From Piedraia hortae CBS 480.64 (lineage: Eukaryota), in NCBI GenBank assembly GCA_010093745.1, contig MU006015.1, positions 73,057 through 93,056 on the forward strand: 20,000 nt of DNA. The letters are read 5' to 3'. This document shows, one piece after another, positions 1-10,563 of the stretch (position 1 is its first letter; each line of letters starts with the position of its first letter). The translations under genes were made by a program, and so were the position numbers. The notes beneath the pieces were generated by a model that did no database searches, was not told the DNA's origin, and was given only the letters and a program-made list of their open reading frames with translations.

Positions 1-2
1 CC

Positions 3-1163
3 GATGCTTATCGATACAGTCGAGAACATTCAGATTCAATCGACCCAGACAAGAGCTTGTTCGACTTTTTCGTGGAAAGGTCTCAGTCCAAATACCAGCA
101 TCTGCCCGAAGAAGTGGCGAGACAGAAGCGCGAAACCCTTTTAAAAGTGGCCAGGACTTGGGGAGCATATGTTGGGAGTCCTGTTACTCGGCAAAGTCTC
201 AAGTATTTTTGGATGGAAGAATGTCTGGAGGGAGAGACACCATTTGTGGCGGAGACATTCCATAAGATATTGGATGCCGTGGCGAAGCCAGCCGCAAGAG
301 CAAACATCCTTTTGGAAACCGTTGTATCCAAATTCCGCGCTCATGTCTCAAATAGGCCATCCCTCATGACTACTGATGGGTCCGAATACGAGTTTGATCA
401 TGTTGTAATAACAACTCCACTCGGTTGGCTTCACAGAAACATGCACGCATTCGAGCCACCCCTTCCCAACCACTTTGTTGAGGCTATTGGACATGTTGGG
501 TATGGCACGTTGGACAAGGTCTATATAACGTGGCCCGAAGCATACTGGAACGTTTCATCAGTGCAAGGCTCGCATAGCCCCGGCGCGGCCAAAACTGAGG
601 AAGTAAGAGTCGAGTCGGATCGACATTGGCCGGGCAAGATGCACTGGCTTACGCCAATGTATGCAATGGAAACAAACCATCTTCAGTGGAATCAGGAAGG
701 GTTTAGTCTTGCTGCATTGAAGCCCACGCAATATGCTCATCCCACGATACTCTTTTACATCTACGGCGAGTGCAGCAGGTACATTGGCGCCCTCGTTGCT
801 AATACCAACTCTGATTCGGAGCGTGACTCCAAGCTAATCGAGTTTTTTCGCCCATATTTTTCCCGGTTACCCAACTACACTGCATCAAACCTATCATGTA
901 TTCCCTCATCTGTCTTGGCAACGGCATGGGCGGCTGATGAGTTTGCTGGATATGGAAGTTATTGTAATGTCAACGTAGGCCTGAGGTCGGGTAAACAAGT
1001 CTTTGAGACTGTAAGACATGGCGTGCCCGAACGACATCTGTGGTTTGCCGGCGAGCACACGGCTCCTTATGCTTCGCTAGGTACTTCGACTGGTGCATAC
1101 GTATCCGGCGAAAGTGTGGCAAGGAGGATCCTTGATGCCAATGGAATGGCCGCGGTTCCATAA
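3..1163 (+). CDS. Flavin-containing amine oxidase (polyamine oxidase, Fms1-like); 5' end lies outside the window
   Basis: The frame is open from position 3 (DAYRYSREHSDSIDPDKSLFDFF...), so the TTG at 57 is not the start. Amine-oxidase motifs: FDHVVITTPLGWL, IGHVGYGTLDKVYITW, W..DEFAGYGSY, LWFAGEHT...GTSTGAYVSGESVA (C-terminal FAD-binding segment). Confidence 0.85.
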   Translation, partial: DAYRYSREHSDSIDPDKSLFDFFVERSQSKYQHLPEEVARQKRETLLKVARTWGAYVGSPVTRQSLKYFWMEECLEGETPFVAETFHKILDAVAKPAARANILLETVVSKFRAHVSNRPSLMTTDGSEYEFDHVVITTPLGWLHRNMHAFEPPLPNHFVEAIGHVGYGTLDKVYITWPEAYWNVSSVQGSHSPGAAKTEEVRVESDRHWPGKMHWLTPMYAMETNHLQWNQEGFSLAALKPTQYAHPTILFYIYGECSRYIGALVANTNSDSERDSKLIEFFRPYFSRLPNYTASNLSCIPSSVLATAWAADEFAGYGSYCNVNVGLRSGKQVFETVRHGVPERHLWFAGEHTAPYASLGTSTGAYVSGESVARRILDANGMAAVP

Positions 1164-1378
1164 AATGCACCATCAAAACAGGGCTTTCTTCAAGTATTAT
1201 GCGCATGGTAACCATTTGTTTTTGGACCCTGATATGCTAAATGTTCGTCGCCAAGAAATGGACTAGTAACTCCCTCTTATTAGCTACACTAGAACAGATG
1301 AATTTTCAGGAACCACCCAAGATTTTGGGGATTGCAAGTTGCTCTCGTATGTACGTGCTGTTTGCATAAACATGTCTA

Positions 1379-1976
1379 TCACAAGCATGGTAGTAATACT
1401 GATCCCATAGGATACGCTGACCCGCCAAAGTAAAGGCTTGAAACATATCACTTTGTCACTGACCATTGCTCAAAAGATGACGAGTGCCAACGTTTTGTTT
1501 GATGTCCCTGCCTCTGTGACCCGCGGAACAGGAGGAACAGATAGAGACATGGAACTCAAATGTTTTGTGGATATTTCGAATTGGTTCCAAAAGCTCCCAG
1601 GTGGTGTGTTCCTGCCAAGGTGGTCACCCTCGCAAAATCTCAAAGTTTATGCAAATCAAGTACCAGTAGCATAGTCAACACATCTAGTTCCTGAAGAAGA
1701 TTTGTGTGCTGCTGGGCAGTCAGCGCGCCAGGAGACCCAAGCAGATTGCACCACAAACCAAACCAGATGGATACCGAGCAATCTATCGGGGTTATTGGCC
1801 ATAAAGCGCACGTTTCGAAACGATTCGTCTGATGAGAGCAGCGAACCACTAGGCCATTCACATATGGCCCTTAAACCACGATAAATTCGAGGGGCTTTCC
1901 TCATGTTATCATCACATTTGCGTATACCGCCCATACTGGGGGCACAATTCTCAAGGGGATCGAAAGGTAGTATCAT
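1379..1976 (-). CDS. Tentative four-exon orphan gene, ~148 aa (exons 1976-1764, 1711-1664, 1611-1464, 1416-1379)
   Basis: Three GT-AG segments of 52, 52 and 47 nt join short open frames in phase. Splice signals are mixed: intron 1 has a good GCTGAC branch, intron 3 a good GTCAGT donor, the rest are weak. No recognisable domain. Confidence 0.25.
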
Positions 1977-2070
1977 TTCAAGTGTGTCATATCGATCGAG
2001 CACAGACTGTTAAAACATGCAATTGATCTGCTACAATCCCAGATAGCAGGTCCCCAACCAGGCTAGCTGA

Positions 2071-3380
2071 TCACGTCGGCTTCTCATCCAAAGCACCATC
2101 TAGGACGCCAAGTCCAGTATTGGAGCGCCCTCGCCTACACCGATAGTCACTGAACCACTCACTTATCTGGAAGCACCAACCCCCTGCAACCAGTACACCG
2201 GATACAACGTTCACCAGACGGATGAATAGCGCTGGTATAGAAATCCACTCCTCGGCGATGGTAAGCATGATCGGCTCCAGGTCAAATTTGACAAAAATCC
2301 CTGGAACAGCACCATTGGGTACGGGAAAGCTTTGTTCAGTAACTGCATATTGATTCGTGAAAACCGTCTTGCGCGAATAGCGATGGGGGTGCTTATCTAA
2401 GCCGTCCGATCCAGAAGAGGGAGACTCAAGATTGGAAGCTGATAGACGGGAAAGGGCTTTGGCGTCAGTGGTGTACACTGTGGGTACGATGGACAAGTAG
2501 TATTGGAATTTGTAATAGTTGTCGGAGGTTGTAGCCAAGATGCCATCGAGAGGATTGGAAAGAGAAGGGTAGAAAGGACCGAATGAGAGCTCGTTGACAT
2601 GATGGGAAAAGTTGAAAGCTTGCAAAGGGACCAAAGTCAGTACTGAGGGCAAAACGGACTCATCAACCTACCGTTATGCTCGAGGTGTTGGGCAAGTTCG
2701 GAATACCCATGTCCCCTTGCGGTGATGTGGAAATCCCCTTGCACTTTGTTGAGGTGCATGCTCCCATAGATGCGGCAGCTGTTAGGCTCCTGGTGCCTAG
2801 AGAGTTTGGGAGTTTTTGCAAACTTTTTGCCGCCTTGCCGGGCAGCACTGAGGTAGTCATGCACATCCTCTTCCCGATACTCAAGCCCCCCGTACTCCTC
2901 CAGCCCGGGAATTTTGCTCCAATCCATCAGGTACCCGGCTTCTCGCATGGCCCGCTCCTTCTTCGAGCTTCCAAGCCTACGATAGCGCCTATCCAGATTC
3001 CAGTGTTCCCACCGAGTAGCATCGCTCTTCAGCGCCTGCCCCGCCTTGATGTGGTCGCCGCTCGCGTCCAGCACATTGACGCGTAGGTCGTCACACTTCA
3101 TGGCTACAACAATGTCAAGATTAATTTGCAAATCATGACCCACGCCCTGCTCTACACTAAACTCGTGACTTGTATGGCCACGCCACCAGCGATGCAGCTC
3201 CGTCAAGCTGAGCCAGACACTCGCGCAGACAAGGAACACGGTCCATACCCCCCCTGACCGTGTCTTTTGCGTGTACGACGGTTTCGTCTTGGGGAACGCA
3301 TCGAAGGCTTTGACAGCGCTCAAGGCCCTGGATTCGCCAAAGTGCAGGTCCAACTCCTGCTCCTCCCCGTAGCTGGCCAT
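2071..3380 (-). CDS. ERV41: ER-Golgi intermediate compartment / COPII vesicle protein, Erv41-like, 418 aa; exons 3380-2672 and 2618-2071
   Basis: N-terminal VKAFDAFPKTK..Y...TRSGG plus TM; INLDIVVAMKC; CRIYGSMHLNKVQGDFHITA; FNFSHHVNELSFG; YYLSIVPTVY; VPGIFVKFDLEPI; C-terminal TM. Intron 2671-2619 (53 nt, GTAGGT...CTGAC...AAG) joins the two ORF-track pieces as HN-A-FNFSH. Confidence 0.9.
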
Positions 3381-3639
3381 TGTAAGGTGTGAACCGCCCG
3401 TTATTCAGCCAGAACCAGTAAATGCACGGAGCACAGTAAGCACGAACTTCTTTGTCTCTATCATTTGTTGCGTGAACGCCACGGTCTGAGTCTGGAACGC
3501 GTCGTGGGAGCATTCGCCAGGCTCCAAGTTAGGGTTCGCGCCTTTGCGGCCCGTGCCGTTGCAAAAGTTTCTGTGCGATATGTACAGCAAAATATAAGAA
3601 TCGCGGATTGAACCAGCTTGATACCGACGAAACATTTGA
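3381..3639. promoter_or_regulatory. Divergent (bidirectional) promoter region, ERV41 / URB2
   Basis: 259 bp between head-to-head ATGs at 3380 (-) and 3640 (+). Confidence 0.6.
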
Positions 3640-6600
3640 ATGGAAGACCACATAAGATCTGCAGCCTCCTCCCTGGAGCGACTCAGAACCCTTGACCTCC
3701 TTCCGACTATTGACGACCAATTGCGCGAAGCGAAGAAGCTTTGCAACCACAATGCAAGAGCGGAAATGCTGCTAAAATGGTTGTTGCCAAAGATCCAGAG
3801 CTTTGCGGAGTGGAAGGTGACCACAGGCGCCTGGGAGCTGCTATGTGATATCTTTCGCCTGCTTCAACCGCAGCGACTAGCCATGTTCCTTAAATCCGTA
3901 AATCTTTGTTCCATTGCTTCTGAACGTGTTGTTCTAGAATGCAGCGAAACAGTCTTTGCCGTTGTAAGTTGTCTTGAGCTTTTGTTCGATCTATCCCACG
4001 GACCCAATGGAATTCCTCTTGTGGCATACCTATCATTCGATAGCACATTGGCCGCGCCCCTCCTAGCCTCATGGCTTCGAGTAGTGAACACGGTTCTACC
4101 GCATCAGCACGTACAGTGTGACGCAACTATCAATCTTGCCCTCAGAATTTGGGATTGCCGAATACGGCATGAGACTGATGACATGCTGTTCGCGGCGGAA
4201 TGTCTTCAAGAGTCAGCTCAATTTTGCGCATCCTGGAGCGCCATTTGTCAAGATAGGAGAAGGAAACGAAAACAGGCAATCGACGGATCATTTGCATCAA
4301 GCCCAAGCAAACTGTCCGTAGAATACTTAATTGCCAGGCATGTCTTTGCTCCAGCCCGATCTGAATATCTAGGGCACCTTAACCAACAAGACCAAACCAA
4401 GGCCGGACCGGACCTCAAGGAACGACTTGCTGCCCTTGCGTCGAATAGCCCTGACCAGGACAGTTCCAAAATACGTTCGACCCTTTTTGGGAGTGCCCTT
4501 CTACAATCAACAAGAAGCACATCGAGACAACGGCTGCACGACGCCAATTGGCATGATCAACTTTTTGAGACACTGCGAGTTGCGGTGATCCTGAACAACC
4601 CCATTTGTTCAGTCGAAGAGGTGTGTCGTATGCTTACGGCCCTGCACGAGAAAAACGCAAAGCTATCGGAAGGCTACCTGATGAAGTTATGGAACATTTA
4701 CTACAAGTCGGAAGCTGACAAGGTGGAATGGGCTTTTGTCGTGGCTGTCATAATGAGCAGCCCTGTGATGGTCAGACACGCCAACCTCACTTCATCCTTA
4801 TTCACAGACATGTCCAGGGCTGTTGCGAAGCACTCATCCGATCCGAACCAAAAACGGGGTGGCCTTTGGTGGAAGAACGGAATTCTTGTTCCTCTAATGA
4901 ATGAGTATGCGAGCAACCGCAATTTAGCAGAATTCATCCAGCTCTGGCACGGGCAACTGCTGCGCGCAGGCGCAAGCGGACATATTAGCGTGTGGATGAG
5001 TCTCACAAAGGCGCTCGGGACCATCATCGAGTCCTCATTGACCCAAGATCAGCTCGTTGCCACACTCCGCTACCATCGTACTGCGTTGGAGTCTGCGACA
5101 TCAGACCCCGTGGATATCGATACAAGGGAAAATAAACAGTCAGCTAGCTTGGCGGTCATACATGCACTAGTGAGTGAAATATCCAATCAAGAATCGACGG
5201 ATGCGATATTGGGAGATGTGGTGGCCCTGATACAACATTTGACAAACGCACTGAGTGCTTCGGAGGGCGCTCCTTGCAACCATCTATCAATGCTGTCGCA
5301 AACATGGTCCGTAATGAGAATATCTTTGGACATGTCCTTCGCAAAGTGGACGACAATCGAGTCGGAAGAGACAATAGCGAAATCTTTGGAAAGTGTCATA
5401 TCTTCAAACGTCATTTTCAAAAGCATGGGATCGACATCCGCTGGAAAGACCGTTAATTTTCCGCACCCTGGCTTTACTCAAGAGGCTGTGTTGGAAGCCA
5501 AGCGATTCCAGCTTGCAGTCTATCGCATCTTGCGTAGTCACGCACAATGCATGGATACAAAGACCGATGATAGAACTATGCAGCCAGTAATAGGCGTATG
5601 TCCTCATGTCGAATGTTTCAACGACCGCTCAACCTTTGACACTGACTATCTGGTTGTGGCGAAGCAGATGTTTGATTGGAAGCCCAATGACTGGATAGAG
5701 CACTGCCGCGCTTTCGCATCAGCATTCATGGCAACTCCGCAGCCTAAACCTGCCCTTAATCTCCTTCTCAAGCGATTGGTACCAGAGCAGGGGGCATCTG
5801 CTAAGTGCTCTACTGAGTTCGATATCAAGTCCCATCTCGGCATCCTGGCTGAGATTCCCTTGTCATTATTATCCAACAAACAACGCGAGGTGTCTTTGGA
5901 CTATGCAACCGAAGTCACACTGCCATGGGCTGATGAGCTTCTGCAACAAACGAGGCTCGCAGTAATACTCCATCTACTTGCCTATTTGTGCGCAGATGCA
6001 GCCTTTTGGTCCGATGGGGACTTGATATGGCATAAAATAAATTCATTGTGCACCAATGCGTGCAAGTCTAAGCTCCAAACAGGGTCCCGCGAAAATATCG
6101 AGGGTTTAGTCGAGTATTTGGTTTCAATGCTTATGAAAAACTTGCATCGACTGGAAAAGAATAATGCGCTGAATGCTCTGACTACGCGGGCAGTTCAATA
6201 CTTGAACGAGCTGCAAGATTACAGCGGAGAGGATTACGCGGCCTCACTTGCGTTTCTGGGTCCCATTTTAAGGGAGATGAAACCAGAACGAGAACCGCTG
6301 ATACGTGACAAACTTGATGCCTTTGTCGAGAACGCGATTTCCATTTTGAAGACACCGAACGTATTCACAAAGCCACGGGAGATCACCAGACTTTCCAACC
6401 TACTCCACACATTAACTTATGCACCTAGTTATTGTCTGTGGCGAGCCAGTGCCATAGCCCATCTTACGAACTCAGTTATCGCTGGCTTTGCTCAGGCATT
6501 AAAGATCGGCAACAACAGTGTTCCAACATCGGCCAAATATGTCTTGCTGCGAAGCTTGCAGTTAATGGGCCACCGCCCTGAAGCCCAACTTGAGCCCGAC

Positions 6601-7533
6601 ATGATAGTTTCAACAACTTTGTTCATGCTGGAGGCGGAGTTGGACACTAAGCATTTTCGCGAAGCCCTGGAGGCGTTTGGGAGGATTTTTGAACTCTCCA
6701 ATGCACAGACAAAGGCGCGGACTTGGGGTAACCTGGTAGCGCAGAGCCAGAGAACGGCAGCAATGCAGCTGATCGAGACTGCAATCTCTACACTTGAACG
6801 CGATGACTTTGTTGATGGGACGGAAGAAAGCCATTGGATGCCACATTCAGTCTTCCTCCAAATTCTGAACTTCGCATCAGGAGGGACACAGCTTGAGAAT
6901 TGCCGTACAGTATGCAGATGCATAAAAATGATCCTGCTCAAAAAGGGTTTCGTGACAAACCAGCACACAATCGAGACAACCATGGTTGTTATGAAAAAGC
7001 TAACGGAAAACAGCATCCACCAAGACATTCAGTTCCTCGACATCTGCAGCATTATCACCACCTTATTTCAGCAACATCGCTCGCGTTTGGAAGACCGAAT
7101 GAACATTTTGGTGAATGTGTTTCAAGCAATGGTTACTAGTCTGTTTGAACGAGCTAGAGCTGGGTCCACTGTCATTTCCAAGCATGCAAGGGCACTGGCA
7201 CGACTGCTTCAACTTCTCTGCTCACGTCCACAGCGATACGGGCATGCCAAGGCATCTGGGCTTGTCGACGAGGCACGGAAAGCCCAGGCGCGCGTTGGGC
7301 AGCACATACAACAAGTGCTACACCATTACTGCTCGCAAGTGCTGTGCGGGACCTTGCCGCAGGAAGCTAAGGAGGCGTTGACGCCAGGTCTATGGATGGC
7401 ATTGGAGGCTATGGAGATGGCTGATGCAGATAGCGTCAAAGTGCTCAGTGCAGCCATGAACAGCTCCGAGCGTGCTATACTAAGAGGGCTGTATGAAGAG
7501 TGGAAGGTGTCTGCGAAGTGGAAGGCCGGATGA
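3640..7533 (+). CDS. URB2: Nucleolar pre-ribosomal-associated protein Urb2/Npa2 family, 1297 aa, no intron needed
   Basis: Long Leu-rich helical protein. N-terminal EMLLKWLL.K motif; C-terminus typical of the Urb2 domain (LFQQHRSRLEDR; EALTPGLWMALEAM...LSAAMNSSERAILRGLYEEWKVSAKWKAG). Confidence 0.8.
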   Translation: MEDHIRSAASSLERLRTLDLLPTIDDQLREAKKLCNHNARAEMLLKWLLPKIQSFAEWKVTTGAWELLCDIFRLLQPQRLAMFLKSVNLCSIASERVVLECSETVFAVVSCLELLFDLSHGPNGIPLVAYLSFDSTLAAPLLASWLRVVNTVLPHQHVQCDATINLALRIWDCRIRHETDDMLFAAECLQESAQFCASWSAICQDRRRKRKQAIDGSFASSPSKLSVEYLIARHVFAPARSEYLGHLNQQDQTKAGPDLKERLAALASNSPDQDSSKIRSTLFGSALLQSTRSTSRQRLHDANWHDQLFETLRVAVILNNPICSVEEVCRMLTALHEKNAKLSEGYLMKLWNIYYKSEADKVEWAFVVAVIMSSPVMVRHANLTSSLFTDMSRAVAKHSSDPNQKRGGLWWKNGILVPLMNEYASNRNLAEFIQLWHGQLLRAGASGHISVWMSLTKALGTIIESSLTQDQLVATLRYHRTALESATSDPVDIDTRENKQSASLAVIHALVSEISNQESTDAILGDVVALIQHLTNALSASEGAPCNHLSMLSQTWSVMRISLDMSFAKWTTIESEETIAKSLESVISSNVIFKSMGSTSAGKTVNFPHPGFTQEAVLEAKRFQLAVYRILRSHAQCMDTKTDDRTMQPVIGVCPHVECFNDRSTFDTDYLVVAKQMFDWKPNDWIEHCRAFASAFMATPQPKPALNLLLKRLVPEQGASAKCSTEFDIKSHLGILAEIPLSLLSNKQREVSLDYATEVTLPWADELLQQTRLAVILHLLAYLCADAAFWSDGDLIWHKINSLCTNACKSKLQTGSRENIEGLVEYLVSMLMKNLHRLEKNNALNALTTRAVQYLNELQDYSGEDYAASLAFLGPILREMKPEREPLIRDKLDAFVENAISILKTPNVFTKPREITRLSNLLHTLTYAPSYCLWRASAIAHLTNSVIAGFAQALKIGNNSVPTSAKYVLLRSLQLMGHRPEAQLEPDMIVSTTLFMLEAELDTKHFREALEAFGRIFELSNAQTKARTWGNLVAQSQRTAAMQLIETAISTLERDDFVDGTEESHWMPHSVFLQILNFASGGTQLENCRTVCRCIKMILLKKGFVTNQHTIETTMVVMKKLTENSIHQDIQFLDICSIITTLFQQHRSRLEDRMNILVNVFQAMVTSLFERARAGSTVISKHARALARLLQLLCSRPQRYGHAKASGLVDEARKAQARVGQHIQQVLHHYCSQVLCGTLPQEAKEALTPGLWMALEAMEMADADSVKVLSAAMNSSERAILRGLYEEWKVSAKWKAG

Positions 7534-7561
7534 CTGAACCGTGAACTTCTGTGAATATCTA

Positions 7562-7597
7562 GCCTGAGGCATCAATATATTAGTGCCTGAGGCATCA
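7562..7597. repeat. 13-bp direct repeat GCCTGAGGCATCA x2 with a quasi-palindromic core
   Basis: Identical copies at 7562-7574 and 7585-7597, separated by ATATATTAGT. Confidence 0.8.
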
Positions 7598-7667
7598 GAC
7601 AGTGACTGCACCCCCATAACCACCAACTCGTTCGCGGGACAGGCGCATATTTTGCCTGACTGTAAAC

Positions 7668-8952
7668 ATGGCGGAAGTGCCAATCGGTACAAAGAGTTCT
7701 ACGCTACTTTTCTATGCCATAGCTAATTCCACTGTGCAGTACTCGATGGCGGGACCGGGTTCCTCAAGGCTGGATATGCCGGTCAAGTAGGTCGGAGACA
7801 ACTGATGGGCAGATTGACTTACACGGAACGCAGAACTTCCCGGACCACCAATTTCCGTCGATTGTGGGCCGCCCAATTTTGCGGACCGAGGAGGCTGCAG
7901 CTGCGGCGGAGCTGCCGTCCGATTTGAAGCTCAAAGACATCATGTGCGGTGACGAGGCAGCTATTGCACGCAGCATGCTCCAGATCACCTATCCGATGGA
8001 AAATGGAATTGTGAAGCGTTGGGACGACATGCAGCACCTGTGGGACTACACATTCTTTGACAAGATGGGCGTGGACACGCAGGGGCGCAAGATCTTATTG
8101 ACGGAGCCGCCGATGAACCCACTGAAGAATCGCGAATCAATGTGTGAGGTCATGTTTGAACGCTACGGGTTCGGCGGCGTATATGTGGCGATTCAGGCCG
8201 TACTCGCGTTGTATGCGCAGGGCCTCAGCTCGGGCGTGGTGGTGGATAGCGGCGACGGCGTCACGCACATTGTCCCCGTCTACGAGAGCACAGTGCTCAA
8301 CCATCTGACGCGGCGACTAGATGTTGCTGGCCGAGACGTTACGCGCAACCTCATCTCCCTCCTGCTCCGGAGAGGATATGCCCTCAACCGGACAGCCGAC
8401 TTTGAAACGGTGCGGGCCATTAAAGAAAAACTGTGCTACGTTTCGTACGACCTCGCACTAGACCAGAAGCTTTCCGAAGACACCACTGTCCTTGTCGAGT
8501 CGTATACCCTACCAGACGGCCGTGTCATTCGCGTTGGCTCCGAGCGCTTTGAAGCGCCAGAATGCCTCTTCCAGCCCCACCTTGTGGATGTAGAGCAGCC
8601 CGGCATCGCCGAGTTCCTCTTCAATACCATCCAGGCCGCCGATGTAGACATTCGTTCCTCGCTCTACCGTGCCATTGTGCTTTCGGGCGGCTCGAGCATG
8701 TATCCTGGCCTTCCCAGTCGCATGGAGAAGGAAATCAAGCAACTGTGGCTCACAAAAGTCCTGGGCGGGAACCCGGAGCGGCTGGGAAAGTTCAAAGTGC
8801 GCATAGAAGATCCACCTCTACGAAGGCACATGGTTTTCCTGGGTGGGGCTGTGTTGGCTAACATCATGGCCGACAAGCCAGACATGTGGGTTTCGAAGCA
8901 AGAGTGGGAGGAGCAAGGGGCTCGGTCGTTGGAGAAGTTGGGAGCTAGATGA
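7668..8952 (+). CDS. ARP2: Actin-related protein 2 (Arp2/3 complex), 394 aa; exons 7668-7686, 7740-7786, 7834-8952
   Basis: Spliced N-terminus [39 protein letters not shown]; Arp2-type [56 protein letters not shown]. Introns 7687-7739 (53 nt, GTACAA..GCTAAT..CAG) and 7787-7833 (47 nt, GTAGGT..CAG). Confidence 0.97.
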
Positions 8953-9305
8953 TGGAAGATGGTGGAACTCGGTGGCAAGCCATAATGAACACTGGCAATG
9001 ATCCTGCAAACGCTTTAGACAAGATAAAATGTGCCTGCATGAGCAAGACGAGTCCCTTTAGTGAGTCTTGTACGCTAGTTACGTTTATGGGCGGTCTCGA
9101 GCCTAGGAACTCTCTCACACAATTGATGCAGTAGTACCAATTGTGATGCTGGTGAAACCCTGTTCTACAGTATACAAGGATGCATATGATATTGAACATC
9201 TAGTCATGTATTAGACAACTATTCTAGCGCTGACTCGAATACGAGAACGTGCTGCTACCAGGCAGCAAGCTGCACAACCAACAACCCCCAATACGGCAAC
9301 AGCAA

Positions 9306-10112
9306 CTACATAATGGTACAGATTTTGATTCCACAAATCCTGATGCCAGAGTGGTCCTGAGATGGCTGCTCATAGTCGTTGCCATGCGGTCGCTGTTGCG
9401 CACCGGGATAGCCAGCCGCTGCGGCACCGTGATCATAGGTCGGTTGGCCACCCATTGGGTAAGCTGTCTGGTAATAAGGCTGGCCGTAGTTCTGGGCTTG
9501 AGGCTGATGCGCCTGGTCGTAATTGTATGGCTGAGGCCCACCAGCCTGGCCGCCAGTAAGATCAATAAAGATGCGGCCTTGATTAGGTTCAGTGTGCTGT
9601 TGTAAACCAAGTTCGGCGCAAATTTGCTCGACCTTTGGCTTGATCTTCTGGACATGGCCAGCACTATGATTGCCCTGGCCAACGATGACGTGAAGATGCG
9701 TCTGGCCCGTGGACTGCGCATATCTTATGCGCTGTTCCAGGATTTCTTCGGCCTCCTCTACGTATTGGCCGTGCAGATCGATGGTATCGGGCGTCACTTT
9801 ACCGACTGCGTTGTTCTCTCGAAAGATAAATTCCGAGGCCTGTCTGTTAAACTGGTCCGCAGCGGCACCATGTTCCTGAGCCTGCTGAGAGAACTGATGA
9901 GCCCGCGCACCATCGCCCCGCTCGTAAGCCTGGCGCGCTTGAGCTGCAAAGTGTTGGCGTTGTCCCTTCTCGTTGCGCGCAGCTGCTCGTAGACGGTCAT
10001 ACTCGGCTTCGGCTTGGGCTGACGGCCCATGATTGAAGGCTGACAACCCTTAGCTTTCCCAATCTCTGCAGATACAGACTCATTAACTACCTTTACCCCC
10101 GAGAGATGCCAT
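9306..10112 (-). CDS. DUF1771 + Smr (small MutS-related) domain protein, 251 aa, C-terminal CaaX; exons 10112-10091 and 10039-9306
   Basis: Spliced start MASLGGKAFNHGPS via intron 10090-10040 (51 nt, GTAGTT..GCTAAG..CAG). Helical AYERGDGARAHQFS region (DUF1771-like); Smr motifs IDLHGQYVEEA and VIVGQGNHS; Q/Y/P-rich tail; ends ICGIKICTIM*. Confidence 0.88.
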
Positions 10113-10563
10113 GTATGGCTGTGGAGTAGCCGAATGCGAATGCGCAGCGCGTTCCTTGGGCGCAATTGAACCAAAAGGGCTAGCGTCGTTTCAGGGTTCA
10201 GGAACATTTGATCTCCGAAGTTTTGCCGGCCACAAACTTCCGCCAAGTGGGGTTACCGGGCTACCAGTTACAGCGACGTCACTTGCCCCCCGCTGCCCTT
10301 AGTACAGAATACAGCTCGATACACCGACTGCACACCATAGAACCCGCATCAGATAGGCGAGTTCCCATGTTATTTCTTCTGCTTATTGAACGATTCACCT
10401 CTTCACAATTGTCATCTACAACGAAAGGCCCACAGGACCGTCACCATCGAACGAGTCATCGTGGCCTGCAGTACCATAGAGTCGGCTATGCAGATTACCC
10501 CTCATGCACTAGAAGTATAAACTGAGGGGGTGTTCCCTTTCCAACCTCATCCCAATCCTGATC

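Noticed and set aside
57..59. TTG/GTG starts in the ORF track (57, 2652, 7864, 10046, 10732, 13210, 13532, 18659)
   Set aside because: These come from prokaryote-style ORF calling. Each is explained by an upstream exon, a downstream ATG or truncation at the window edge.
2007..2073. Stop-codon readthrough of ERV41 spliced into the downstream orphan frame
   Set aside because: The frames can be joined through a 52-nt GT-AG segment, but the stop context is TGA-TCA rather than the TGA-CTA readthrough motif, and the branch-like TTAAC abuts the AG.
2637..2652. Overlapping or split ORF pairs (ERV41, GH27, GATA) as frameshifts or pseudogenes
   Set aside because: Canonical GT-AG introns with branch sites restore the frame and conserved motifs in each case.
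3526..3585. TTAGGGTT and an RRPE-like GCAAAAGTTTC upstream of URB2
   Set aside because: Single, imperfect short matches that could be chance; not a telomeric array.
9224..9721. 165-aa alternative-frame ORF over the Smr gene and other antisense ORFs (6492-7028, 10693-11358, 14524-15024)
   Set aside because: They lie almost entirely within well-supported CDSs, show no motifs, and are expected shadows of codon bias.
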